The notes under the pieces were generated by a model. That model saw only the letters and a list, made by a program, of their open reading frames with translations, had not been told where the DNA came from and did not search any database. 64,000 bases of DNA from Collinsella aerofaciens (GTDB lineage Bacteria > Actinomycetota > Coriobacteriia > Coriobacteriales > Coriobacteriaceae), in contig DBFAAM010000029.1 of NCBI GenBank assembly GCA_048193585.1, positions 27,444 to 91,443 of the forward strand. The letters are read 5' to 3'. Made by a program: the position numbers and the translations under genes. Each line of letters begins with the position of its first letter. Position 1 is the first letter of the stretch. Below, in pieces: positions 18,626 through 27,852 of this stretch.

Positions 18626-19596
18626 GCCATCGCCCCCACGGCGAGCACGACCGCCGCGCGCGCGGCGCCGAAGACGACGAGCGCGCATACGGACGCGGCG
18701 AGCATGAGCCTTGTCGCCCGTGCGATGTCGCCCCACTCGATTTCGCGGGACGCGTCGCCTATCGTCGGTTTCTCAACGAGCTTGCCGAAATACACCGCGG
18801 GTCCCGCCAGGCGCAGCCCGAGCGCGCCCGCGCACGCTGACTCGGTCTGCGCCGAGTTGGGGCTCGCATGGCGACGCCTGTCGCGGCGCCAGATGCGCGC
18901 CGCCCCGCGCGCGTCGAGCCCGACGATCGGGCACACGGCGATCATGAGCAGGGCCGATAAGCGCGAGGGAATCCAGTTCACCGCATCGTCGAGGCGCGCC
19001 GAGGCGCAGCCGAAGTCGATGTAGCGCTCGTTTTTGTAGCCCACCATGCTGTCGAGCGTGTTCACCGCCTTGTACGCCATGCCCAAGGGCGCACCCCCGA
19101 TCATAAGGTAGAAAAGCGGCGCGATGACGCCGTCGCTCGCGTTCTCCGCCACCGTTTCCACGGCGGCGCGCGCAACGCCCTGCTCGTCGAGAACAGACGT
19201 GTCGCGTCCCACGATGAGCCCGACGGCTTCGCGAGCCGCGACAAGGCCGCCCTTCGAGAACGCGCGGGCCACGGCCAGGCTCTGGCGGCGCAGCTCGCAT
19301 GCCGCGAGAATCTGATAGCTCGCCCATGCCTCGGCCACGAAGCGCAAGCCGGGGTGAACCATGCCGCAAAGATGCAGGATTCCCAAGGTCAAAAGCCCAC
19401 ACGCAAGCGGAAGCGCCACGGCGAGTACAAGCCCTGCGGCGCGCGTGCCCGCGGACGTTTGCGGGAATGAGCCCCGCAGGCGGCCTTCGGCCCACGTGAT
19501 CGCGCGCCCCATGGCGACAACGGGATGGGGAAGCCAGCGCGGGTCGCCGAAGGCAAGGTCGGCTGCGAACCCGGCGGCGGCGGCAAGAATCGTCAT
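18622..19596 (-). CDS. cbiB: adenosylcobinamide-phosphate synthase
   Basis: GDPRWLPHPV, IVGRDT, ENASDG, YKAVNTLDSMVGY, SPNS. Confidence 0.95.
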   Translation of the reverse strand: MTILAAAAGFAADLAFGDPRWLPHPVVAMGRAITWAEGRLRGSFPQTSAGTRAAGLVLAVALPLACGLLTLGILHLCGMVHPGLRFVAEAWASYQILAACELRRQSLAVARAFSKGGLVAAREAVGLIVGRDTSVLDEQGVARAAVETVAENASDGVIAPLFYLMIGGAPLGMAYKAVNTLDSMVGYKNERYIDFGCASARLDDAVNWIPSRLSALLMIAVCPIVGLDARGAARIWRRDRRRHASPNSAQTESACAGALGLRLAGPAVYFGKLVEKPTIGDASREIEWGDIARATRLMLAASVCALVVFGAARAAVVLAVGAMA

Positions 19597-20597
19597 CACC
19601 GGGCATCGCCCCCCGAAGCGGGGCGAACGTCGCGAAGGCAGCGCCCATCCCAGGTGGCGGCCCATGCGCCGCCCGGCTCGGTATGCACGTCGAAATATCC
19701 CATTTTCGGGACAGCTAGCTCGGAGAGCAGCGCTTTCACGGTACCCGCGTGAACGACGAAGACGGCGCGCCCACTCCCCTGGGCGCGCTCCGATTCGCAC
19801 GCCTCCCGAAACGCCGCGACGACGCGGCGGGTGAAATCGCTCTTGCCCTCGCCATGCGGGCAGCGCGTCTCGCACCAGGAGTCTACCCAGGCGCGGTAGC
19901 GCACATCCTCTTTAAGCTCGGCGGCGCTTCGCCCCTCGAAGTCACCGAAATCCATCTCGCGCAGACCGGGGCACGCCATAAGCTCCGCGTTCGGGAAGAG
20001 GATGCGCGCCGTCTGGTCGGTGCGGGCCATGCCGCTCGTGATAACACGGAACACGTCACGATCGCACGCGAGGTCGCGCAAAGCGCGCTCGCCCGCGCTC
20101 GACAGGGGCTCGTCGGTGCCCGCCCCGCTGTAGCGATGGTCTTCCGTGCCCGCCGTGGCACCATGGCGCACGAAGACGACCTCCAAAGGCGCGCCCGCGC
20201 CCTGCGTCCCTCGAGGAGCATCGGCAAGGTTTCCTTTGATGACCTGGGGAATCCCGCACGTCATGCGCACGACGACGTCGGCGCGCGCAGCGAGCGCGCA
20301 TCCCAGGCGCCCCGCGCGCTCGCGCCATTGGGCGTCTTCCGCATGCATAGGGACGACCCCCGAGCCGACCAAGGACAGAATCACTGCGTCGAAGGCGATC
20401 AGCCGCTCGAGCGCCCGGTCAGCGTCGAGCGCGCGTACGAGTTCCTCAGCATGGTACGCGACGCGGCCGGCAAAAGCCGCGGAAACGCCGCCCTCCGCAA
20501 GCTGCGCCGCGTCGACGAAATCGTCCGCCGCGAACCCGAGCTTTTCGCGCACGAAGGTCCTCTTCCCCGAATGCGCGCCACCTACCACGAGCATCAT
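19596..20597 (-). CDS. fusion of a short CobU-like P-loop domain and a CobC-type histidine phosphatase
   Basis: N-term GGAHSGK...VGSGVVP...WRERAGR...CGIP; C-term VRHGAT, LREMDFGDFEG, HGEG, VVHAG. Confidence 0.82.
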   Translation of the reverse strand: MMLVVGGAHSGKRTFVREKLGFAADDFVDAAQLAEGGVSAAFAGRVAYHAEELVRALDADRALERLIAFDAVILSLVGSGVVPMHAEDAQWRERAGRLGCALAARADVVVRMTCGIPQVIKGNLADAPRGTQGAGAPLEVVFVRHGATAGTEDHRYSGAGTDEPLSSAGERALRDLACDRDVFRVITSGMARTDQTARILFPNAELMACPGLREMDFGDFEGRSAAELKEDVRYRAWVDSWCETRCPHGEGKSDFTRRVVAAFREACESERAQGSGRAVFVVHAGTVKALLSELAVPKMGYFDVHTEPGGAWAATWDGRCLRDVRPASGGDAR

Positions 20598-21361
20598 AGG
20601 AGCATGCCCCCCGCCACCAGCATAGCAAGCATCGCGAGCTCGGCCCATTGCAGAAACCATCCGGCCAAATCCCCCGTCACCCCGCCGAAGCGGGACAGGG
20701 CAACATGGCGGTACCACGCGAGCGCCAAAAGCCCCGCCACCGCCATAAGGGCGCCGACGGCCCGAGCGCACGCGACCATCCCTGCAGCCGAAGCCGTAGC
20801 GAAAGCGCAAAGCGGCACGACGATCGCCGCGCGCTTCTTCGCAGGCGAGAGCCCCGCGGCCATGCCGTCCGCCCGCGCGGCAGGCCAGCATTCAACGGCG
20901 AGCCCCGAAAGCGCGCGGGAGAACACGAGCGAGCACAGAAGCGCGAGGAACGCCCCCGCCGTAAGCGGCAGCGCGGTGAACAGGGAAAACTGCAGAATAA
21001 GGTACACGACAACACCGATGACCCCGAAGGCGCCCGCCCGCGGGTCGTGCATGATCTCGAGCTTTCGCTCGCGCGGGGCCCAACTTGCAAGCGCATCGGA
21101 GGTGTCGCAGAGCCCGTCTAGGTGGATGCCACCCGTCACCACCACAGGCAGCGCCACGAGCACGGCCGCGACGATGGTCGCGGGCACGACAAGCAGGTTA
21201 GCCACGTACCCCCACGCCGTCATGAGGAAGCCTTCCGCAAGGCCCACCAGGGGAAACGCGGCAAGCGCATGGGTTGATCCGAAATCGGTCCAGGCCGATT
21301 TCGGGACGGGGATGCGCGAGAACGTTCCGAACGCCGCGCCGATTGCCTCTGCTATCTTCAC
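20594..21361 (-). CDS. cobS: adenosylcobinamide-GDP ribazoletransferase (cobamide synthase)
   Basis: FSRIP, TGGIHLDGLCDTSD, IMHDPRAGAFG, FGGVTGD. Confidence 0.95.
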   Translation of the reverse strand: MKIAEAIGAAFGTFSRIPVPKSAWTDFGSTHALAAFPLVGLAEGFLMTAWGYVANLLVVPATIVAAVLVALPVVVTGGIHLDGLCDTSDALASWAPRERKLEIMHDPRAGAFGVIGVVVYLILQFSLFTALPLTAGAFLALLCSLVFSRALSGLAVECWPAARADGMAAGLSPAKKRAAIVVPLCAFATASAAGMVACARAVGALMAVAGLLALAWYRHVALSRFGGVTGDLAGWFLQWAELAMLAMLVAGGMLL

Positions 21362-21906
21362 CTTGTAGGTCCTTCGCCTTTCATCCACACGGGAATCCCG
21401 CATACCACTTCGACTGCGCGGTCGGCCAGCGCCGCCACGCCCGCGTTCACGCGCGCGAGCGCGCGCCTCCATCCCTCGGTCCCCTCATCGTAGCGCATCC
21501 CATCGGCGAACACGTCGACGGAGACCACCACCGTATACGCAGCGGCCTGAGTGAGTCGTTCGATGCCTCCGAGCACCTCGCGCGCCACAGCGTCGGGGTC
21601 ACGTGGGGACAAGCCGCCTTCCGCGAAGAGCTCGTTCGCAACCAGGTTGCCCACGTCCTCCAAAAGAAGCGTGCAGCCGCGCGGAAGCCCGGGCACTGCG
21701 GCGCCCACGTCACGCGTGCGCTCGAGGGTGGAAAACCCCTTGCCCTCGCGCATCGCCCGATGGCGCGCGATACGGCGGGTGCCCTCTTCCCCGAAGGGCT
21801 CCATCGTTGCTAGGTACACGCGGGGGCCGTCGTGCCCGAGGCACAGGGACTCGGCATAGGCGCTCTTGCCGCTCGCGGCGGCGCCGATAACGAACGTCAC
21901 CGTCAT
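21358..21906 (-). CDS. cobU: adenosylcobinamide kinase / cobinamide-phosphate guanylyltransferase
   Basis: GAAASGKSAYAE, YLATM, RIARHR, VVCGIP. Confidence 0.9.
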   Translation of the reverse strand: MTVTFVIGAAASGKSAYAESLCLGHDGPRVYLATMEPFGEEGTRRIARHRAMREGKGFSTLERTRDVGAAVPGLPRGCTLLLEDVGNLVANELFAEGGLSPRDPDAVAREVLGGIERLTQAAAYTVVVSVDVFADGMRYDEGTEGWRRALARVNAGVAALADRAVEVVCGIPVWMKGEGPTR

Positions 21907-23045
21907 TTCCCGGCCTCGAAATGCTCGTAAGCAGCCATGCCAGTCGCCGTGAACGTCTTCCCATCCCGGTACACGCGCAGCGCCGAATCCAGAAGGGGCA
22001 GATACGCCATGGCGCCCGCGCCCTCGCCCAAGTGCATGCCTGCGTCGAGGGGTGCCTTTATGCCGAGCTCGCGAAGGAGCTCCTGGCTTGCGGGTTCGCT
22101 AGATGCGTGGGTGCCCACGAGGTAGCCCAAGGCGTTGGGGCACAGGCGCACCGCGCACAGGGCCGCCGTGCAGGATATGACCCCGTCGAGGAGCGCCGGC
22201 GCCTTCGAGGCCGCGGCCCCCAGGTAGAAGCCACACATCGCCGCGATGTCGAAGCCGCCCACCTTCGAGAGCACGTCGATCGGGTCGGCGGGATCGGGCG
22301 AGTTCGCGTCGATAGCGCGCTCGACCACGTCGCGCTTGCGCGCGAGCGAGGTGTCCGAGAGCCCCGCGCCGCGCCCGACGAGGCTCCGCGCGTCCGCTCG
22401 GATGAGCACTGCGGCCACCGCCGCCGAGGTGGTCGTGTTGCCGATGCCCATCTCGCCCGCGGCGAGAAGGCGCACGCCGGCGCGGGCAAGCCCGCACGCG
22501 ACGGCGATTCCGACCTCGATCGCGCGCACGGCCCCATCGCGAGACATGGCGGAGCCGTGCGCGATGTTGCCGCTCCCCCGCCGCACGTTCGCGCGCACCA
22601 TGCGAGCGTCTTCTATGCCCCGGGCCATACCCACGTCGACGGGCACGACCTCGGCACCCGCGAACGCCGCCATGCGGCAGGCGCTCGTGGCCCCCTCGCA
22701 CATGTTACGCGCGACGGCTCGCGTCACGTCTTGCCCGCTTTGCGACACGCCCTCGGCAACGACCCCGTTGTCGGAGAAGAATACCGCGAGCGCACGGGGA
22801 AACTCGGCCACCTCGGCGCTCCCCTGAGCTGCGGCGATACGCGCGACGGCGTCTTCAAAGTCGCCCAATCCCCCCAAAGGATGCGCGATGGAATCCCACG
22901 CGGCGTACGCGGCGGCGCGGGCACACTCATCTGCGGGCGCGATCCGGGAGAGCGCGGCTTCGAGCACGGCGCCCGGCGCCGAAGAGAACGCGCGCTCGAC
23001 TTCCTCGCGGATGCAGGCAAGCGCGGTTTCGGTTGCTTCAGCCAT
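21903..23045 (-). CDS. cobT: nicotinate-nucleotide--dimethylbenzimidazole phosphoribosyltransferase
   Basis: DNGVVAEGVS, GEMGIGNTT, GRGAG, GGFDI, LGEGAGA. Confidence 0.95.
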   Translation of the reverse strand: MAEATETALACIREEVERAFSSAPGAVLEAALSRIAPADECARAAAYAAWDSIAHPLGGLGDFEDAVARIAAAQGSAEVAEFPRALAVFFSDNGVVAEGVSQSGQDVTRAVARNMCEGATSACRMAAFAGAEVVPVDVGMARGIEDARMVRANVRRGSGNIAHGSAMSRDGAVRAIEVGIAVACGLARAGVRLLAAGEMGIGNTTTSAAVAAVLIRADARSLVGRGAGLSDTSLARKRDVVERAIDANSPDPADPIDVLSKVGGFDIAAMCGFYLGAAASKAPALLDGVISCTAALCAVRLCPNALGYLVGTHASSEPASQELLRELGIKAPLDAGMHLGEGAGAMAYLPLLDSALRVYRDGKTFTATGMAAYEHFEAGK

Positions 23046-24420
23046 GCCGTCTCCTCTCTGCGAACGACGCTGTGGCAGACGCGAACGCGCGCGCAACGTC
23101 GGGGTTCGCAGGATAGTACACATGCGGGAAGCCCGCAACCAGGGCCGGGGTGGTCGTCATGCACGGCCAGCCCTTGTCGCGCCGGGGCTTCTGCGCCCAG
23201 AAGTCGCCGCCCGGGCAGGTGGACTGCCAGTAGTGGAACTCGTGCGCGCGGATGCGTGTGCCGCGCGGCCCGTAGAGCCCGTAGCGTTGGGAAGTGAGCT
23301 CCACGTACCCGAAATGGGACAGCCTTCCCCCGTTCTCGCTTGCGCCCTCAAGGGCGCCCGCAACAGGCCAGCGCCGCCCCTCGCTATCGGAGATTTCGCG
23401 CTGCAGGTACAGAAACCCACCGCATTCGGCAACCGTCGGCATGCCGGATTCCACCGCACGCCGCACCGCCTCGCGCATCGGCGCGTTCTCGGAGAGCTGC
23501 CGCGCATGGAGCTCCGGGTAGCCGCCTCCCAGATAGAGGGCGCTTGTCCCCCGGGGCAACTCGCTATCACACAGGGGGCTGAAAAAGGCCAGCTCGCAAC
23601 CCAGGTCCTCGAGCGCGCGCAGGTTCTCCTCGTAGTAGAACGAGAACGCCTCGTCACGCGCAACGGCGACGATGGGCCGCGCTCCCGCGATCGGCTCCAA
23701 CCGGTAAGGTTCCTCGCAGATATCGGGTGCCGTCGCCGCTATTTCGAGCAAGCGGTCGACGTCGACGCTCTTTTCCACCAGCTCGGCCATCTTGTCGATG
23801 CGCGCGGAGAGCTGCTCGACCTCGTCGGCGGTCACAAGCCCCAGATGCCGGCTTTCGAGCGAGAACGCCTCGTCGGCGGGAATATTACCCAAAACCGCGA
23901 CGCCCGTGTGCTTCTCGATCGCAGGCGCCGCGTAGGCGCAGGCAGCGGCGCTCGTCTTGTTCAGCACGACGCCGCGCACGTTCGCACAAGGCAGGAACTC
24001 GGCGATGCCGCGAATTACGGCGGCGAGCGATAAAGACGCCCCGCGCCCGTTCACCACTAAAACGACCGGCGTTTCCGTGTCGCGCGCAACCTGGTAGCTG
24101 CTCGCGTCGGCCACGCCGGGCGCCATGCCGTCGTAGAAGCCCATGACCCCCTCGAGCACCGCGACATCCGCGCCCGCGGCGCCGCGTGCGAGCAGGGCGC
24201 GCAGCGTCGGGGCGTCGGTGAAGAAGCCGTCTAAGTTGCCCGAGCGCGCGCCCACGACGCGACGATGAAAGAGCGGATCAATGTAGTCGGGGCCGCATTT
24301 GAAGGCCGCGCATGCAAGGCCGCGGCGCGCGAGCGCGCGCAGGAGCGCGCACGTAACGACCGTCTTGCCGCTCCCGCTCGAGGGCGCAGCGACCATGAAG
24401 CGCGGGATGGTCGTGCTCAC
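23038..24420 (-). CDS. cbiA: cobyrinate a,c-diamide synthase
   Basis: SGSGKT, FKCGPDYIDP, EGVMGFYDG, SRHLGL, GGGYPE, AECGG, HEFHY. Confidence 0.95.
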   Translation of the reverse strand: MSTTIPRFMVAAPSSGSGKTVVTCALLRALARRGLACAAFKCGPDYIDPLFHRRVVGARSGNLDGFFTDAPTLRALLARGAAGADVAVLEGVMGFYDGMAPGVADASSYQVARDTETPVVLVVNGRGASLSLAAVIRGIAEFLPCANVRGVVLNKTSAAACAYAAPAIEKHTGVAVLGNIPADEAFSLESRHLGLVTADEVEQLSARIDKMAELVEKSVDVDRLLEIAATAPDICEEPYRLEPIAGARPIVAVARDEAFSFYYEENLRALEDLGCELAFFSPLCDSELPRGTSALYLGGGYPELHARQLSENAPMREAVRRAVESGMPTVAECGGFLYLQREISDSEGRRWPVAGALEGASENGGRLSHFGYVELTSQRYGLYGPRGTRIRAHEFHYWQSTCPGGDFWAQKPRRDKGWPCMTTTPALVAGFPHVYYPANPDVARAFASATASFAERRRHG

Positions 24421-25754
24421 CGGGCGCCGCCTTCCCCACCTGCACCACGCGCGCTGACGAGGAACACGGGGTTTTGCGCCTTCATAAGATGGTGCGAGCC
24501 TACAGCCTCGGCGCGGGCGGCCGACACCTGGCACGCCTCGAACCCCTTAAAGCGCGAACCCGAAAGGAGCGCGCACGCCTCGGTGAGCGTCTCAACGGTG
24601 ACGCATGGCACGCACAGGCGAACCTGCGAGTTCTTCTCGAGCGCCGCCTCCACGATGGAGGGAAGCTCGCCTGCGCTCCCGCCGACGAACACGGCGTCGG
24701 GGACGGGCAGTTTCGCGAGCGCTTCGGGGGCGACACCGGGGACCGCATGCACGTTGCCGCACCCGAATGCATCCGCGTTCTCTCGGATGAGCCGCACGCC
24801 GGTCGCGTTGCGCTCGACCGCCCATACCGACCCCGCTCGCGCGACGAGCGCCGCCTCGATCGATACGCTCCCCGTGCCGGCGCCGACGTCCCACACGGTG
24901 TCGGTCGCGGTAAGGCACAGCTTCGCGAGCGCGACGGCGCGCACCTCCTGCTTGGTCATGGGAACGTCGCCGCGGATGAAGAGCTCGTCGGGAATGCCCG
25001 AGGAAGCGTACGGCCAGCGGGAGCTCGCGGCACGGGATGCGCCCGCAGAGCCCGCCGCAGAAGAAGCCGCCGCGCCGGCCGGCGCCTCGGAGGCTGCGCT
25101 AGAGCCCGCAGGCGACCCGGCGCCGCCTGCGAGCTCGATAAGCATCACGTTCAAGTCGTCGAACGTCTGACCTGCGATTTCACTTGCGGTCGCGCAGGTG
25201 ATGCGCTCGTCGGGGTACGACAGGCGCTCGGCCACCGTCACGCGCGCGTCCCCGAAGCCCGCCTGCACAAGCTCGCCCGAAAGCCGCGAGGGGTCTTCCC
25301 CGCCCGACGTGGCGAGGAAGAGCTCACCTGCGCGCTCGGCCTCGGCCACGATGTCGCACGCCACGCCGTGAGCGCTCGCGAAGCGCCAATCCTGCCATGG
25401 ACGCGCGAGGCGCGCGGCGAGATACGACGCTGAGCTTATGCCGGGAATGACGCGCACGTCCACCTGCGCGTCGCCGGAGAGCGCCTCCACCAGGCGGCGC
25501 GCGCCGCTGAACAGCCCCACATCGCCCGTCATCACGACCACGGCGCGCTGCCACGACGCCGCATCGGTGAGCGCGGCGACGATGTCCGCCGTCTTCACGA
25601 GCTCGCATCTCACCACGTCGGGCGGCACGTCGATGCCGGCAAGCGCGCGATGAGCGCCGATGACCACGTCGGCGATGTCGATCGCGTCGAGCGCCGCGCG
25701 CGAGAGCAAGTCGGGGTTTCCGGGCCCCGCCCCGATGATCGTTACCTTTCGCAT
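24417..25754 (-). CDS. cbiET: fused cobalt-precorrin-7 C5 / cobalt-precorrin-6B C15 methyltransferase
   Basis: GAGPG, PGISS, SAHG, ERLSYPDE; then VPMTKQEVR, WDVGAGTGS, VFVGGS, QNPV. Confidence 0.92.
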   Translation of the reverse strand: MRKVTIIGAGPGNPDLLSRAALDAIDIADVVIGAHRALAGIDVPPDVVRCELVKTADIVAALTDAASWQRAVVVMTGDVGLFSGARRLVEALSGDAQVDVRVIPGISSASYLAARLARPWQDWRFASAHGVACDIVAEAERAGELFLATSGGEDPSRLSGELVQAGFGDARVTVAERLSYPDERITCATASEIAGQTFDDLNVMLIELAGGAGSPAGSSAASEAPAGAAASSAAGSAGASRAASSRWPYASSGIPDELFIRGDVPMTKQEVRAVALAKLCLTATDTVWDVGAGTGSVSIEAALVARAGSVWAVERNATGVRLIRENADAFGCGNVHAVPGVAPEALAKLPVPDAVFVGGSAGELPSIVEAALEKNSQVRLCVPCVTVETLTEACALLSGSRFKGFEACQVSAARAEAVGSHHLMKAQNPVFLVSARGAGGEGGAR

Positions 25755-26485
25755 GGAATCTCCCGATACCCGCGCGGCGTGACCATACGGCCGCCTACGA
25801 GCTTCGTGTCCGCGTTGCCGACGAACACGGTGGTGAACATGTCGGCGTCGATCTCCCCCAGCTCGGAGAGCCTGCACATGCCCGACTGCTGCCCCTCGCG
25901 CCCGATGTTGCGTACCCAGCCGCAGAGCGTGTCGGGGGCCTTCCATTCGAGCATAATCTTCGCCGCGCGTGAGAGCCTGTCGGCGCGCTTTCTGCTGCGC
26001 GGGTTGTACAAACAGATGCAGAAGTCGGCGCTCGCCACGGCGGCGAGCCTGCGCTCGATGACCTCCCATGGCGTGAGCAGGTCGGAGAGCGACACGACCG
26101 CGAAGTCGTGGGCAAGCGGGGCGCCGAGCACCGCCGACCCGCTCTGAGCCGCGGTGGCCCCGGCGATAACTTCCACGTCTACATCGGGGTAGTCCTCCGC
26201 AAGCTCCAGCACGGGGCTCGCCATGCCGTACACGCCCGCGTCGCCGCTGCACACGAGCGCCACGGCTTCTCCACTCTGCGCGCGCGAAAGCGCAAGGCGG
26301 CACCGTTCGACCTCGTGCATCATCGGCGTCGCGAGATGCGCCGCGTCGGGCACGGCGGCGAGCGCGAGCTCCACGTATTTCGTGTAACCCACAACGACGT
26401 CGGACGCCTCGAGCGCACGCCGAGCCGCAATCGTCATGCCGTCGGGGCCGCCCGGGCCGATTCCCACCACGAAGAGCTTTCCCAT
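25742..26485 (-). CDS. cbiH: cobalt-precorrin-3 C17-methyltransferase
   Basis: VVGIGPG, SGDAGVYGMA, GAPLAHDF, SLSDLLTPW, LYNPRS, TPRGY. Confidence 0.95.
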   Translation of the reverse strand: MGKLFVVGIGPGGPDGMTIAARRALEASDVVVGYTKYVELALAAVPDAAHLATPMMHEVERCRLALSRAQSGEAVALVCSGDAGVYGMASPVLELAEDYPDVDVEVIAGATAAQSGSAVLGAPLAHDFAVVSLSDLLTPWEVIERRLAAVASADFCICLYNPRSRKRADRLSRAAKIMLEWKAPDTLCGWVRNIGREGQQSGMCRLSELGEIDADMFTTVFVGNADTKLVGGRMVTPRGYREIPCER

Positions 26486-27618
26486 CACCGCTCCTTAAAC
26501 GAAAGTTTAATAGTTACCTTGGAAAACGCGACGGTCACGCCGCCGTGAGCGAGCTTCGGGAAGATAAGTTTGCCCCCCTCCGCGAGCGCTGCCCGCTCGC
26601 ACACGTTGTCGACCCCCACCGTCGCGCGCACGAAATCAGATGGCGAAACGCTGCCTTCGACCTGCGACAACTCCTCTGCGGAATACGTCGCAAGCGGGAT
26701 ATTGCGCGCGCAGCAGAAGGCGAGCAGACCCTCCTCGTGCGCCTTCACGTCGATCGTCGCCGCCTCGCGCACGGCCGAAGGCGAGATACCCACCTGCCCG
26801 CACGCGAGAAGAAACGCCTCCTCGATCGCTTCGGCGCACGCACCGCGACGGCATCCTATGCCCGCAACGATGCAGGGCACGACAAGGCGAAGCGGCTCGG
26901 GCGCCGGCGCCTGCGCCCGCACGCCCGCCGGCTTCCCCGTCTCACCGGCGGGCACGACCTCGCCCGTTGTCTCCGCCGCACGAACGGACGCACCTGCATT
27001 CGCGCCAGCGAACGGCGACACGACGATATCGGCCCGAGCGCGGTCGGACGCAATGTCAACCCCCTCAGGCGGCTGTCCCGAAATCGGCATGTCGGAATAG
27101 AGCGCCACGCGCCCGCCCGAAAGCAGCCGCGCCGACACTCGCTTGATGGCCTCGGGATTCGAAACGGCGAGCCCCGCACAGCGCGCCCACGTATCCACCG
27201 CCCACACGCCGCGGACGTCGGTCGCCGTGGTGATGACGGGGATGGCCCCTGCCGCGCGTGCCACAGTTTGCGCAAGCTCGTTCGCACCACCCAAATGCCC
27301 CGACAAAAGCGGGACGGCAAAGCGCCCCGCCTCGTCGATCGCCACAACCGCGGGATCGTTTGCCTTCGAGGCGACATGCGGCGCGATCGCCCGCACGGCG
27401 ATGCCCGCCGCGCCCACGAACAGAAGCGCGTCCGACGCTTCCCACGCGAGCGCCGTCCATGCGCGCAGGTCGGCCTTCCCCTCGCCGAACCCGCGCGAAA
27501 CGGAAACGTCCCAGCCAGGGTCGTCTTCACCTGTCTGCGCGCAATCGGAAAGCGCGTGTGCGGTGCGCACCGCCAACGCATACCCCCTCTCAGTGAACGC
27601 TATGCAGGAAACCCTCAT
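26485..27618 (-). CDS. cbiG: cobalt-precorrin-5A hydrolase
   Basis: GIAVRAIAP, DPAVVAIDE, LLSGHLGGAN, ITTATD, GIGCRRG, VCERAA. Confidence 0.93.
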   Translation of the reverse strand: MRVSCIAFTERGYALAVRTAHALSDCAQTGEDDPGWDVSVSRGFGEGKADLRAWTALAWEASDALLFVGAAGIAVRAIAPHVASKANDPAVVAIDEAGRFAVPLLSGHLGGANELAQTVARAAGAIPVITTATDVRGVWAVDTWARCAGLAVSNPEAIKRVSARLLSGGRVALYSDMPISGQPPEGVDIASDRARADIVVSPFAGANAGASVRAAETTGEVVPAGETGKPAGVRAQAPAPEPLRLVVPCIVAGIGCRRGACAEAIEEAFLLACGQVGISPSAVREAATIDVKAHEEGLLAFCCARNIPLATYSAEELSQVEGSVSPSDFVRATVGVDNVCERAALAEGGKLIFPKLAHGGVTVAFSKVTIKLSFKER

Positions 27619-27852
27619 CTAGCGCACCACCATCGTCGAGAAGTAGCTGCCCCGATCGGGCACATCGTCGAGCGAGCGGTACACGCGCTCGCCCGGAAGC
27701 CCACAGTCCTCTACAAGCTCGGCACCGTCGAAGGCACCCTCCTCGCAAAGGAAGCGCTTCGTGTCCGCAAGCGAGCGGCGCGCCTTCATGACCACCTTCG
27801 TCCCCGGCCAGCCGATTGCACGGCGCACCCCGTACAGAACGCCTTTACTCAT
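27619..27852 (-). pseudogene. cbiL: cbiL (C20-methyltransferase) remnant with a large in-frame internal deletion, 77 aa
   Basis: MSKGVLYGV joined directly to ...PGTKVVMK...VEDCGLPGERVY...YFSTMVVR; GxGPGD SAM motif and core absent; between cbiD and cbiG. Confidence 0.8.
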
